A stretch of DNA of 64,000 bases from Gammaproteobacteria bacterium (GTDB taxonomy: Bacteria > Pseudomonadota > Gammaproteobacteria > QZLD01): the NCBI GenBank assembly GCA_033852155.1, contig JAWSVA010000014.1, forward strand, positions 101,393 to 165,392, in the 5' to 3' direction. Under the pieces are notes generated by a model, which was not told the DNA's origin, searched no databases, and worked only from the letters and a program-made list of their open reading frames with translations. Positions 30,892 through 42,000 of this stretch are shown here, piece by piece. The position numbers were made by a program, and so were the translations under genes. How positions within the stretch are numbered: position 1 is the stretch's first letter; the number at the start of each line of letters is the position of its first letter.

Positions 30892-31761
30892 TTAATTAAT
30901 CCAGGTTGAAATGTGAAACCAAATATCCTCTATCTCTTTTTTGGCTTTACATTTTTTAAATTCAACTATGCTTTTTCCCGCCATTTGCGCTTGATTCATC
31001 TCCTCTGTAGTTGATATTTTCCCTACATATTTAGCATCTGATGCAAAACATATTTTCTTTATTACCGTAGTGTTATCTCGGTTTATATCAAAACGATTTA
31101 TTACAACAAATGTCAAAATCTTAAAATGGCTGGTTAGTTCTAAAACTCTCTTTAAATCATGTATTCCAGATACCGTTGGCTCTGTAATAACTACTACACA
31201 ATCAGAACCTGTAATTGACGCTATGACAGGACATCCTATTCCCGGCGGCCCATCAGCAAGGATAAGGTCAGCATTGGTTCGTTGTGCGGCTTTCTTGGCT
31301 TCGGATCTAACCAAAGTTACCAGTCGGCCTGAGTTTTCTGCAGCTATACCTAGCTTTGCATGCACCATTGGCCCAAATCTTGTTGATGATGAATACCACT
31401 CTCCACAGTTACGTGGATTAAATTTAATCGCATTATTTGGGCACACGTGCACACAAACTCCGCACCCTTCACATAATGCAGGATCTATTGCTAATCCATC
31501 ATCAGTTGTTTTTATTGCATTGAATTTACAGTGCTGTACGCACTTATTACATCCATTGCATTCATAAGGAACTATTAAGGCTAAATTGCCACTTACAAAT
31601 TGGGTTGTCTGCTGTATTTCAGGCTGCATAAGAATATGTAGATCTGATGCATCCACATCACAATCAACAAGCACAGAGTTTTTTGCAAGTGCAGCGAATG
31701 ATGCAGTTAAGCTGGTTTTACCTGTACCACCCTTACCGCTTAGTACTATTATTTCCTTCAT
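30892..31761 (-). CDS. MinD/ParA-superfamily P-loop ATPase with inserted 2x[4Fe-4S] ferredoxin domain (COG1149-type)
   Basis: Deviant Walker A LSGKGGTGKTS. Two CxxCxxCxxxCP clusters (CNGCNKCVQHC ... CEGCGVCVHVCP). Confidence 0.85.
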   Translation of the reverse strand: MKEIIVLSGKGGTGKTSLTASFAALAKNSVLVDCDVDASDLHILMQPEIQQTTQFVSGNLALIVPYECNGCNKCVQHCKFNAIKTTDDGLAIDPALCEGCGVCVHVCPNNAIKFNPRNCGEWYSSSTRFGPMVHAKLGIAAENSGRLVTLVRSEAKKAAQRTNADLILADGPPGIGCPVIASITGSDCVVVITEPTVSGIHDLKRVLELTSHFKILTFVVINRFDINRDNTTVIKKICFASDAKYVGKISTTEEMNQAQMAGKSIVEFKKCKAKKEIEDIWFHISTWIN

Positions 31762-32618
31762 TGGTTTGCACCATTTTGCATACAGATATGATGCAACACA
31801 CCTTTAAGGCCACTCTCAATCTCTGGAATTTCTGGCAGAATATTTTTCCCGATAGAATATTCTTTTGCTACTTCTGGCATTTGATTGATTTTCAGTAAAA
31901 CTTCGATTTTTTGTTGTTCACAATAATCAATAACACCGTTATCACCGCTGTCTGCCTTATTGATTATCACCCCAAAAGGCAGCTTAACTTCTCTTAAAGT
32001 AGCAACTGCAATTTTAAGATCATGCAGACCAAATGGTGTTGGCTCGGTAACTAAAATCACATAGTCTGCACCATCAACAGCTGTAATCATCGGGCACGAT
32101 GTACCGGGTGGACAATCAATAATATTTAACTTAAAGGTATCAATTCTATTTTTAACAGCTCGAATCAAAGGGGGAGCCATCGTTTGACCAACATCCAATA
32201 CCCCTGAAACTGTTAGTATTATTTTATAGGTATTGGATAAAACCACCCCTGTTTCTATCGAGCCAATTCTTTCCTTTTTATATGAGATTGCACCGTTAGG
32301 GCAAACTATCTGGCAGCCACCACAGCTATGACACATCTCATCCATAATCATAAGCTTTCCAGCCAAACTTAGCATTGCATTGAATTGACAAAACTCTTCA
32401 CATTTACCGCAGTTATTACACTTTGTTAAATCTATTTGTGGCACTTCTCTTGAGACAACACTATCTCCCACTTTTTCTGGATTAAGAAAAAGTTTTCCAT
32501 TTGGTTCCTCTACATCGCAATCAAGATAAGTGGTATTACCTTCTGCTATTAAAGCAAGCGCTGTAGAGATAGTTGTTTTTCCTGTACCACCTTTTCCTGA
32601 TGCTATTGCAATGTTCAA
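31758..32618 (-). CDS. Second MinD-type ATPase with ferredoxin insert (paralogue of the preceding gene)
   Basis: IASGKGGTGKTT Walker A. CNNCGKCEEFC ... CHSCGGCQIVCP clusters. ATGA overlap with the downstream paralogue. Confidence 0.85.
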   Translation of the reverse strand: MNIAIASGKGGTGKTTISTALALIAEGNTTYLDCDVEEPNGKLFLNPEKVGDSVVSREVPQIDLTKCNNCGKCEEFCQFNAMLSLAGKLMIMDEMCHSCGGCQIVCPNGAISYKKERIGSIETGVVLSNTYKIILTVSGVLDVGQTMAPPLIRAVKNRIDTFKLNIIDCPPGTSCPMITAVDGADYVILVTEPTPFGLHDLKIAVATLREVKLPFGVIINKADSGDNGVIDYCEQQKIEVLLKINQMPEVAKEYSIGKNILPEIPEIESGLKGVLHHICMQNGANQ

Positions 32619-32658
32619 TTTAAACCCCTAGTTAAACTTATCCGGCTTTTGCTGATTA

Positions 32659-33021
32659 CTATTCTTGCATCAACTGTAATTTTCCTGACTTATATGAAGA
32701 GATAACTTCTTTAATTGTTGCCTCTTCGCTATGAAAAACTTTTAGCGCAGATTCATTTAAAACCTTAAAAGCCTTAGGGCCACAGTGACCGGATATCAGC
32801 ACTTGAGCACCACTGTCTATTACAGTTTTTGCAGCTTGTATTCCTGCACCTTGGGCGAGGTTCAGATTGATACTGTTATCTACAGCATGAAAAACACCTT
32901 GCTGAAGATCATAAATAATAAACTTTTGAGCACGACCAAATCTTGGATCTAATTGTGAATCAAGGTTTTCACCACATGAGGTTATTGCTATGAGCATTTT
33001 GTTCTCCGTTTTCTTGAACAT
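32659..33021 (-). CDS. NifB/NifX-like FeMo-cofactor-binding-domain protein
   Basis: MLIAITSCGENLDSQLDPRFGRAQKFIIYDL ... VLISGHCGPKAFKVL matches the same small-domain family. Confidence 0.75.
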   Translation of the reverse strand: MFKKTENKMLIAITSCGENLDSQLDPRFGRAQKFIIYDLQQGVFHAVDNSINLNLAQGAGIQAAKTVIDSGAQVLISGHCGPKAFKVLNESALKVFHSEEATIKEVISSYKSGKLQLMQE

Positions 33022-33398
33022 CTGTTTGCCTGATTTATGTCTAACTGATTGCGCTTAGGACAAAGCTTTGCTGGCATAAAAAAACTTTCATCTTTTTCTA
33101 ATGAACCATTCAACCAAGCATTACTAACTTTATTAACATCTCCGCATATAGAAGGTACTACGCTGATATTAAACTCACTCGCTAATATCAATGCTTGATT
33201 TGATATGGCGCCGCAAATAATATGTGTAACTTCAAATTGCCGAATATTCTCAAATTTCATATCAAGCGTATCTGCCTCTATATCTATCGACTCTGTCTTC
33301 GTATGACCGCTTTCATACAACTCATATATACGAGCAATCTTTGCTACGTCGAAAACAGGTGAAATTCTAAGGTTCCATACTGGTATTAACATTTTCAT
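32988..33398 (-). CDS. NifX-like domain protein with Cys/basic C-terminal tail
   Basis: MLIPVWNLRISPVFDVAKIARIYEL has a family-like N-terminus. C-terminal CPKRNQLDINQANRCSRKRRTKCS. AAGGA ribosome-binding site. First gene of the cluster. Confidence 0.5.
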   Translation of the reverse strand: MKMLIPVWNLRISPVFDVAKIARIYELYESGHTKTESIDIEADTLDMKFENIRQFEVTHIICGAISNQALILASEFNISVVPSICGDVNKVSNAWLNGSLEKDESFFMPAKLCPKRNQLDINQANRCSRKRRTKCS

Positions 33399-33579
33399 AA
33401 TCTATTCCTTAATACATATATAACAACATTCATGCCACGTTTTGCAAACGTCGAAAAGCCAGCCATATATCTTTGATTGTTTTAGGAATTTAATGAATCA
33501 GATAAAGTGAGGTCGAGTTTTACATATAACGAATAATTGCAATACTGCAATCATTAACGCAATCAATTGATGCAACTAT

Positions 33580-33635
33580 GCAGTCATACAATCGTGCAGT
33601 CATACAATCGTGCAGTGTGTATGTGTGTGTATGTG
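33580..33635. repeat. Perfect 16-bp tandem direct repeat (GCAGTCATACAATCGT x2) followed by a (GTGTGTAT)-type simple repeat, in the activator/cluster intergenic region
   Basis: Read directly: gcagtcatacaatcgt gcagtcatacaatcgt gcagtgtgtatgtgtgtgtatgtg. Confidence 0.7.
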
Positions 33636-33702
33636 ATTTTAAAAGTTACAAAAGAGTTGTGAAAATAGAGTGATGAGAAATATTAGGCAAATAAGGGACT
33701 AG

Positions 33703-35073
33703 CTAAGAATCAATAGAATATTTAATCATCTTTCTATAAAGAGTTGTTTTATGAACTCCAAGGCTTTTAGCCGTTTTTGTACGGCTATAGTTATTAGCCT
33801 GTAAGGCTTGGATAATTAAAGCTTTTTCATTTAGTTCGACAGTAGATTTAATTCCAGAGCTTTGCGCATCCATATCACTATCACTGGTTTTTTGTTTATC
33901 TACAGATGCGAGCAAATCGGCAGGAAGCAGGGTTTTAGTAAACTCATTCGAAGTAGACAACACTGTTGCACGCTCAACTATGTTTTCCAGCTCTCTAATA
34001 TTTCCTTGCCAGTCATAATCAAGCAAAATCGAATACACTTCAGGCGCTATAGTTTTAATTTTCTTATTCTGAAGTTGATTATATTTTTTTAGGAAATGCT
34101 CCATAAGGTATGGGATATCTTCTTTTCTATCACGCAGTGGAGGCACCTCTAAAGAGATTACGTTAATCCTATAAAATAGATCTTGTCTGAATTGTCCATT
34201 AGCAACCATCTCACCAAGATCACGATGTGTTGCCGCAATAATCCGCGCATTTGATTTTTCTGTCTTAGTGGAACCAAGGGGTTCAAATGTCCCCTCTTGT
34301 AAAACCCTTAATAATCTTACTTGCATAGCAGGGCTAATCTCACCAATCTCATCTAAGAACAAAGTTCCCTTACCGGCAAGCGAGAATCTACCTAGCTTAT
34401 TATTATAAGCTCCTGTAAAAGCGCCTTTTTTATAACCAAAAAGTTCTGATTCAAGTAAGGTATCGGGCAAAGCTCCGCAGTTTATTGCCATAAAAGGTTC
34501 GGATGAATTAAGACTATTTTCATGGATAGATCTAGCTAGTAGCTCTTTTCCAGTACCTGTTTCACCTGTAATTAAGACCGTACTTGGGCTTACCGAAACC
34601 GCCTTCGCAGTATCAATCAAGCCTGACATTATTGGGCTGTGAGTAATGAAGCGACCAAAACTGTATGACTCTTTAAGCTCTGACTTTAAGCTTTCAACCT
34701 CACTAAGATCTCTGAATGTCTCTGCTCCACCGATTATCTCACCATCTTTATTACGCAAAACAGCAGTAGAAAGACTGATTGGTACCTTACTCCCAGCGGA
34801 GTTAATGATATATCCAGTTTTATTTATAATTGGTTTTTTTGATTTAAAGGTTTTTCGTAAAGCGCAGGATGATTCACACATGTCAGAGCAGAAGACTTCA
34901 GAACAAAGCCTTCCAATTGCATGTTCTTTAGGTATCCCGGTGATTGAAACAGCTGCACGATTAAAAGATGTAATCCTCCAGTCTTCATCGACTGTAAAAA
35001 CACCCTCAGAGATACTCTCCAGAATCGCTCCGGTAAATGTATCCAGATCATGCGCTAAATCAAAAGTTTTCAA
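33703..35073 (-). CDS. Sigma-54-dependent transcriptional activator (PAS sensor - AAA+ - Fis-type HTH)
   Basis: N-terminal PAS domain. GETGTGKELLARSIH Walker A, GAFTGA motif (KKGAFTGAY), R-finger region. C-terminal HTH (AKSLGVHKTTLYRKM). Confidence 0.9.
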   Translation of the reverse strand: MKTFDLAHDLDTFTGAILESISEGVFTVDEDWRITSFNRAAVSITGIPKEHAIGRLCSEVFCSDMCESSCALRKTFKSKKPIINKTGYIINSAGSKVPISLSTAVLRNKDGEIIGGAETFRDLSEVESLKSELKESYSFGRFITHSPIMSGLIDTAKAVSVSPSTVLITGETGTGKELLARSIHENSLNSSEPFMAINCGALPDTLLESELFGYKKGAFTGAYNNKLGRFSLAGKGTLFLDEIGEISPAMQVRLLRVLQEGTFEPLGSTKTEKSNARIIAATHRDLGEMVANGQFRQDLFYRINVISLEVPPLRDRKEDIPYLMEHFLKKYNQLQNKKIKTIAPEVYSILLDYDWQGNIRELENIVERATVLSTSNEFTKTLLPADLLASVDKQKTSDSDMDAQSSGIKSTVELNEKALIIQALQANNYSRTKTAKSLGVHKTTLYRKMIKYSIDS

Positions 35074-35362
35074 GACTCTGCCTTAGATTGAAACAATATC
35101 ACATATCATTTAATGATAATTAGCCAACATTTACAAGCTTCAAATCATGTACTCATTACGCTCTCATATAACCAAGACATTAAAAAAGGCGGTTAAACCG
35201 CCTTTTTTAAATCAGCTACTTAAAAAGTAATTTGAAAACGTCATGAGCGAAGATTAGTCAAGGCAAAAACTGATTAAAAAACGGAGCTTACTAGTAGTAA
35301 ATGAGTAATTTTAATCAGTTTTTAACGCCGAATAAGCAAGCGCAATAGTTTTCAAAACCTTT

Positions 35363-37747
35363 TTATTCAGCTTCTTGATTTGCTAAGTATAACCATGTCT
35401 CAACAACAGTATCTGGATTTAGAGAAACACTTTCGATCCCCTCTTCCATCAACCATTTAGCAAGATCAGGGTGATCTGAAGGTCCTTGACCACAGATTCC
35501 GATATACTTGTTTGCTTTTCTACACGCTTGAATAGCCATGTGCAGTAGCTTTTTAACAGCTGGGTTTCTTTCATCAAATAGATGAGCTATTAAGCCTGAA
35601 TCACGATCAAGACCAAGAGTAAGCTGGGTCAAATCGTTTGAGCCAATTGAGAAACCATCAAAGTATTCAAGGAACTCATCAGCCAAGATAGCGTTTGATG
35701 GTATTTCACACATCATCATAACTTTAAGGCCATCTTTACCACGCTCTAATCCGTTCTCTTTTAGCAACTCAATAACTTGCTGAGCTTCTTCAAGAGTTCT
35801 AACGAATGGAGCCATAATCCAGATATTCTTAAGGCCCATCTCATCACGAGCTTTACGCACTGCTTTACACTCAAGCTCAAAACAAGCACGGAAGCTGTCT
35901 GAAATATAGCGTGAAGCACCACGGAAACCAAGCATTGGGTTATCTTCTTCCGGCTCATATTTATCACCACCAATTAGGTTTGCATATTCGTTTGACTTAA
36001 AGTCAGACATGCGCACGATAACTGGTTTTGGTGAAAATGCGGCTGCTAGAGTAGATATACCTTCTGTAAGCTTTTCAACGTAGAAAGAAACAGGATCAGC
36101 ATACCCAGCCATTTGCTGGTCGATGATCGCTTTAGTTTCTGCAGGCTGTGTGTCGTAATTTAGAAGAGCTCTTGGGTGAACACCAATCATTTTAGCAATG
36201 ATAAACTCAAGTCTCGCAAGACCTACACCTTCATTTGGCAGTCTCTGGAAATCAAACGCTCTTTCTGGATTACCCACATTCATCATGATTTTAAATGCTA
36301 AATCTGGCATTGATTCAAGGTTGATTTGGTTCAATTCAAAATCGATCATACCGTTGTAGATATAACCTGTATCACCTTCTGCACAAGATACTGTTACATC
36401 AATTCCATCTTCAATCTTAGCTGTAGCATCGCCACAACCAACAACTGCTGGGATACCAAGCTCACGCGCGATAATCGCAGCATGACACGTTCTTCCACCA
36501 CGGTTAGTAACGATAGCTGAAGCTTTTTTCATCACTGGTTCCCAATCTGGGTCAGTCATGTCTGTTACTAGAACATCGCCAGCTTGAACCTTAGACATCT
36601 CCGAGATATCACTAACGATTCTTACTTTACCAGCACCAATTCTTTGACCAATACTTCTACCTGTTACTATCGCTTCGCCACCACTCTGCTTAAGAATGTA
36701 ACGTTCGATAACCTGGCCAGTTCTGCTCTGAACAGTCTCTGGACGTGCTTGTAAAATATATAGCTTGCCGTCATTACCATCTTTGCCCCACTCAATATCC
36801 ATTGGGCGGCCGTAATGTTTTTCGATAATAACTGCTTGTTTAGCTAACTCAGTAATTTCTGCATCTGAAAGTGAGAACACATTGCTCTCAGCAGGATCAA
36901 CATCAACAGTATCAACTGACTTACCGTGCTCTTTAGAGGCACCATAAACCATCTTGATAGCTTTACTACCGATGTTTCTTTGCAGGATTGCATGTTTACC
37001 TGCAGCCAAAGTTGGCTTGTGAACATAAAATTCGTCTGGGTTTACTGAGCCCTGTACAACTGTTTCACCAAGTCCGTAAGAAGATGTAATAAATACAACT
37101 TGATCAAATCCAGACTCTGTATCAATGGTAAACATAACACCAGCAGCGCCAATATCACTACGTACCATTCTTTGTACGCCAGCTGACAGAGCAACTAAGC
37201 TATGTTCGAAACCTTGGTGCACACGATAAGAGATAGCTCTATCGTTATATAGCGATGCAAATACATGTTTCATTGCGACAAATACATTGTCGATGCCACG
37301 TATATTAAGGAATGTTTCTTGCTGACCAGCAAATGATGCATCTGGAAGGTCTTCTGCTGTTGCTGAAGATCTTACTGCTACTGCCAAATCGCCACCTGCA
37401 TCTTTTTCCATCTTTTCAAATGCAGATCTGATATCTGCTTCAAAATCTGGAGTAAATGGTGTGTCGATAACTAGTTGTCTTATCTCTGCTCCAGCTTCAG
37501 CAAGTGCTGTTACATCGTCAGTATCAAGATTTTCTAGTCTTTGGTTTATCTTTTCACGTAAACCACTTTGATCCAAAAACTTCCAAAAGGCATCAGCTGT
37601 AGTAGCGAAACCTCCAGGGACTTGAACCCCTGCCTTGGATAGATGGCTAATCATCTCGCCAAGTGATGCGTTCTTTCCACCAACGCGTTCAACATCATCC
37701 ATCCCTAAATCTTCAAACCAAATTACATTGTCTAGCATAACTTGCAT
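35363..37747 (-). CDS. ppsA: Phosphoenolpyruvate synthase
   Basis: 794 aa. N-terminus [20 protein letters not shown]. Phosphohistidine domain ([14 protein letters not shown]). PEP-utilising C-terminal domain. Divergent from ppsR. Confidence 0.95.
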   Translation of the reverse strand: MQVMLDNVIWFEDLGMDDVERVGGKNASLGEMISHLSKAGVQVPGGFATTADAFWKFLDQSGLREKINQRLENLDTDDVTALAEAGAEIRQLVIDTPFTPDFEADIRSAFEKMEKDAGGDLAVAVRSSATAEDLPDASFAGQQETFLNIRGIDNVFVAMKHVFASLYNDRAISYRVHQGFEHSLVALSAGVQRMVRSDIGAAGVMFTIDTESGFDQVVFITSSYGLGETVVQGSVNPDEFYVHKPTLAAGKHAILQRNIGSKAIKMVYGASKEHGKSVDTVDVDPAESNVFSLSDAEITELAKQAVIIEKHYGRPMDIEWGKDGNDGKLYILQARPETVQSRTGQVIERYILKQSGGEAIVTGRSIGQRIGAGKVRIVSDISEMSKVQAGDVLVTDMTDPDWEPVMKKASAIVTNRGGRTCHAAIIARELGIPAVVGCGDATAKIEDGIDVTVSCAEGDTGYIYNGMIDFELNQINLESMPDLAFKIMMNVGNPERAFDFQRLPNEGVGLARLEFIIAKMIGVHPRALLNYDTQPAETKAIIDQQMAGYADPVSFYVEKLTEGISTLAAAFSPKPVIVRMSDFKSNEYANLIGGDKYEPEEDNPMLGFRGASRYISDSFRACFELECKAVRKARDEMGLKNIWIMAPFVRTLEEAQQVIELLKENGLERGKDGLKVMMMCEIPSNAILADEFLEYFDGFSIGSNDLTQLTLGLDRDSGLIAHLFDERNPAVKKLLHMAIQACRKANKYIGICGQGPSDHPDLAKWLMEEGIESVSLNPDTVVETWLYLANQEAE

Positions 37748-38098
37748 CCTCGTAACATTAATCGGAAATCGGAGCTCAATAAAAGGAAAGCGAATAATAC
37801 ACTAAATCATTTTTGAATGCTCGTTTCATAGCCTACATTCACACTAAATGTGATGTCAGCCCATATGCAAAGCCATTCTAGTATATTTTACACATACAAA
37901 ATATCACTACATTTCAGATGGTTATATGCGAATATTTTTTTATTAATTAACGCTATAATTGTATCAGGCAGATTGAATACCACACTATTTTAGTGCGATA
38001 TAACTTCAACTCTTTCTATCTTGTATGTGAGAAAAATGATTAATGCACCGTTTTGTGTTAAAAATAAACAGCTTTTTATATAAATAATGGATTGGTAA

Positions 38099-38929
38099 AT
38101 GACTAAATGTAAGCGTACGGTATTTTATGTTTCAGACGGAACCGGCATTACTGCTGAGACTTTGGGGCAAACACTTCTAACCCAGTTCCCTGATTATGAA
38201 TTTGAGCAAGTAAACCTGCCATTTGTAAATACCGTAGAAAAAGCTATTCATACTGTCCGTACCATTAATGAAAATGCTAAGGCTAACTGCGGCAAACCAT
38301 TTGTCTTTTGCACAATCATCTCAGACAAATTACGCGAGATATTAAAAGAGAGTAACTCACTATATTTCGATTTCTTCGAAAACTTTGTTACCCCAATGGA
38401 ACAGGAGCTTGGCGCAAAATCAGCGCATACAGTGGGTAGATCGCATGGCATGTCTGATTCAAAGGTATATCTAGATCGGATGAATGCTGTCAATTATGCT
38501 GTAGATAACGATGACGGCATTACCACCAGACACTACGGCAATGCAGATGTAATCATCATTGGTGTTTCAAGATCTGGAAAGACCCCTGTTAGTCTTTATT
38601 TGGCTCTCCAATATGGCATAAGAGCTGCGAACTACCCACTTACCGATGATGACCTAGACAACACTATTCTTCCGTCATCTCTTGAACCATATCGTGAAAA
38701 AATCTTCGGACTAGTTATTGATCCAATACGTTTACAAAAAATACGCTTTGAGCGTAGACCTAATAGCCAATACTCATCAATGCCACAATGTAATCAGGAA
38801 ATAATGGCTATTAAAAAAATTCTTAAGCGGGAAAGAATTAACCACGTTGATTCAACTGCAATGTCTATTGAAGAGATAGCTACAACAATTATTCAAAATG
38901 CTGGCTTAAAAAAATCCATAAGAAAATAG
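38099..38929 (+). CDS. ppsR: PEP synthase regulatory protein (bifunctional kinase/pyrophosphorylase, DUF299/YdiA)
   Basis: RTVFYVSDGTGITAETLGQ N-terminus and P-loop GVSRSGKTP; 276 aa. Conserved divergent ppsA-ppsR arrangement. Confidence 0.9.
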   Translation: MTKCKRTVFYVSDGTGITAETLGQTLLTQFPDYEFEQVNLPFVNTVEKAIHTVRTINENAKANCGKPFVFCTIISDKLREILKESNSLYFDFFENFVTPMEQELGAKSAHTVGRSHGMSDSKVYLDRMNAVNYAVDNDDGITTRHYGNADVIIIGVSRSGKTPVSLYLALQYGIRAANYPLTDDDLDNTILPSSLEPYREKIFGLVIDPIRLQKIRFERRPNSQYSSMPQCNQEIMAIKKILKRERINHVDSTAMSIEEIATTIIQNAGLKKSIRK

Positions 38930-39029
38930 TGTAATCGTCTGAATTGCTGTAATTTTTATTCCTATTGCAGCGATTCAACTTCATTTCAGAAAAAATCATG
39001 CGCTAATTCATACTTTAGAACATCAGTTA

Positions 39030-42000
39030 GTGCTGAAATTAAATGTTCCAGCTATATTTATATTGATTGCTACAACAATAAAAACCTACGCAAACAAGAT
39101 AATTATAAGCCCTATGAACAAGATACTAAGTGAAGATAACGAGAACATTAGAATTACTCCAGCAACCATAACTGGTTCTGTAGAAAAAACGCTCGAATCG
39201 CACCCTTCCCTGCTTAATCTATATCATAGTGACCCTACATTTTATGAAAGCATTATCGGTGTTAACTCTATCAATGAACTCCTTGATATAACTCTGAAAG
39301 AGTGCAAGAAAAAATGGGGATTTGAATATCTTGGTGCCCAACTAGTAGATAAGAAATCAAACACGATTAAATTTGCATCTGTACTGTGTACGCAAGTAAT
39401 CACCAAAGATGTACAAAATTTAATAACGCGTGAAATATGGATGGAATCAAAAGAATCTGTTTCAAGCTACGCAGCAATTAAAAAAACCTGGATTTATAAT
39501 GATATCGATAAGCTGCTAGCATCTGAAGATATTGCATTCATGGATAAAGAGCCGCTTGTTACTCTTGGCGTTAAAGAAACACTAATAATCCCAATTTTAA
39601 TCAAAGGGGAATCAATAGCGTTATTTAATCTAGGATCGATGACAAAGAAGCAAGGCTATGACACCGAAACCTTAGAGCAAATCGTCTGTTTTCTAAACTC
39701 TTTATCTACTTACATAAGAATATTTAAGCATCAACACGTCATTGAAGAACATACCCAAGAGCAAAAAGAGACTCTTAAGTTAGTAAGTAAAATCAGTAGC
39801 ACTATAAACTTCGATGAGATCATTGACCTGCTTCAGGCATCAATCAAATCCATCACTGATTATGATGGTTTGATTATTCATCTTTATGACGATGATACTC
39901 AAAAGCTTAAAATACAAGGGATTGATCTTCCTCTGAAGTATAAACCGGTTGAAAAACCGCTGTTAAATTTTGCTACTTCAATTAATGAACAAGAAGCAAT
40001 TGTAGATTGCTTTCAAAACAATCATGTTGTGGAAATAGACCTAAAAGACTTGGACTCTCAATCTATCTCTCTAAAAAATCAATTTATTGGCTGGGAGATA
40101 AAATCGGTAAAAATCATTCCATTAAGTATCTCTGACTTAGCCCCCTTAGGTACAATTTATGTATTTTGCTGTGATGAGAATAAGCAAATTACAGCCCCCA
40201 TGATTGAAAAAGTACGGCAGAAAATAATCCAGTTTTATAATCCAATTAAAAATTCATATAAATACATTAACCTAAAGAAAAGTGAGGCGGCGTTTAGGTG
40301 TGCTCAAGATGAACGCAGTAAACTAATAAAATTTATTAATCTGGTTAACAGTCTTAATTCAGCAGATAAAATCTATAAAACTATCTCGCAAGAGATTCTA
40401 AAGTTATACGATTTTGAAACTGCCCACATCATGATGGAGCAAAACTCAAAACTCATAGCCAAAGCATCAGAATCGAAGTTTGACAGGTATAACTCCATCT
40501 GTACTGAGTGGACTATGCTGATGCGTGAAGTTGATTATGATGTCAGCAAAGCCACTGGAGCCTACCCACTAACATTTGTTGGTAAAAAAGCGTTTTATTT
40601 TGGTAATTTAGATGACATTGTTGATATCAAAATGAGCGATAATGATGAAAAAATTATCGGTTCAATCTCGAAAATACATAACATTAAATCAATAATGAAT
40701 TTTCCGATAATTAACAATGGCGCTTCCATCGGAGTTATCAGTTTAATGAGCCTGAGTGCCCACGTAGAACTCTCCTCTGAAGATATATCTTTTCTTGAAC
40801 TTATCGGTGAGTTTTTTGGCTCTGCAATTACCAACGCCGGTTTATACACAACCATCGCCACTCATAAAAATGAAGTTGAAAGAACATTATTTGAACTAGA
40901 GTCTACCCAGAAAAAACTTATAGATACGGAGAGAAAGCGGGCTGAAGCACTTCTTATTGCAAAAGAGACGGCAGAGGCAACTGCAAAATCTAAAAGCCAA
41001 TTCCTTGCGAATATGAGCCACGAGATAAGAACCCCTATGAATGCGGTCATAGGGCTAACAAATCTTGCTCTTAGGAATGAACTCCCAGCAAAGGTAAAAA
41101 GTTATCTACATAAAATCGATACATCATCTAAAACACTGCTGCATCTAATCAATGATATTTTAGACTTCTCCAAGATTGAATCAGGTAAATTTACTATTGA
41201 AAAAACAACTTTCTCCTTAAGGGGAGTTCTGGACAATATATCTGATATTTTCACACCAAAACTTGCAGAAAACCCGGATGTAGACATCATTATCACGGCT
41301 GATGATGATATTTGCGACACTCTATGTGGTGACCCTAATCGCATAGGCCAAATTATTATTAATATTGTAAATAACGCCATAAAGTTCACCAATTCAGGTG
41401 AGGTAACCCTGAACATTCGTCAAAAAGGTAATTCACAAAAACCATATAAATTGGAGTTCTCAATATCTGATACAGGTATCGGAATTAAAGATGATGTGAT
41501 TGGGTCATTATTCGATTCTTTTACCCAGGCAGATGGCTCAATCTCAAGAAAATATGGCGGAACAGGACTCGGGCTGACTATCTGTAAAAGCCTGGTGGAG
41601 CTTATGGGCGGTAGAATATGGGTAGAAAGCGAAATAGGTAAAGGGAGTACATTCTACTTTATAATTAAGCTAGATAAAGTTGAATCCAAAAGTAGTGTTA
41701 ATATCCATATCCCAGATATTATCCGCAATAAAAAAATACTAGTTGTCGATGATAACCGTAACTTAAGAACTGAACTGTGTAATACATTAAAGTCATACGG
41801 GCTCTCTGCAGACGCAGTCTCTTCCGGAAGTGAGGCTATCAATAGATTAAACGCCGCACATAGCAGTCAACAACCGTATCAGCTAGCCATTATCGATATT
41901 CATATGCCAGTAATGGATGGGGTGCAAACAGCGCAAAACATCTACCTTGATGACAAGTTTAACAACCTTCCAATCATATCTTTAGGAACTCTAGGGCAAG

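Noticed and set aside
31070-31898. Plus-strand ORFs of 165, 73 and 83 aa across the MinD-ferredoxin genes
   Set aside because: Antisense shadows of two strongly supported P-loop/4Fe-4S genes.
33431-33446. Sigma-54-like string ATGCCACGTTTTGCAAA
   Set aside because: It is on the plus strand while the cluster and activator are on the minus strand. The GG/GC spacing is two nucleotides short of the -24/-12 consensus, and TGCCAC replaces TGGCAC. Not a credible RpoN promoter for this cluster.
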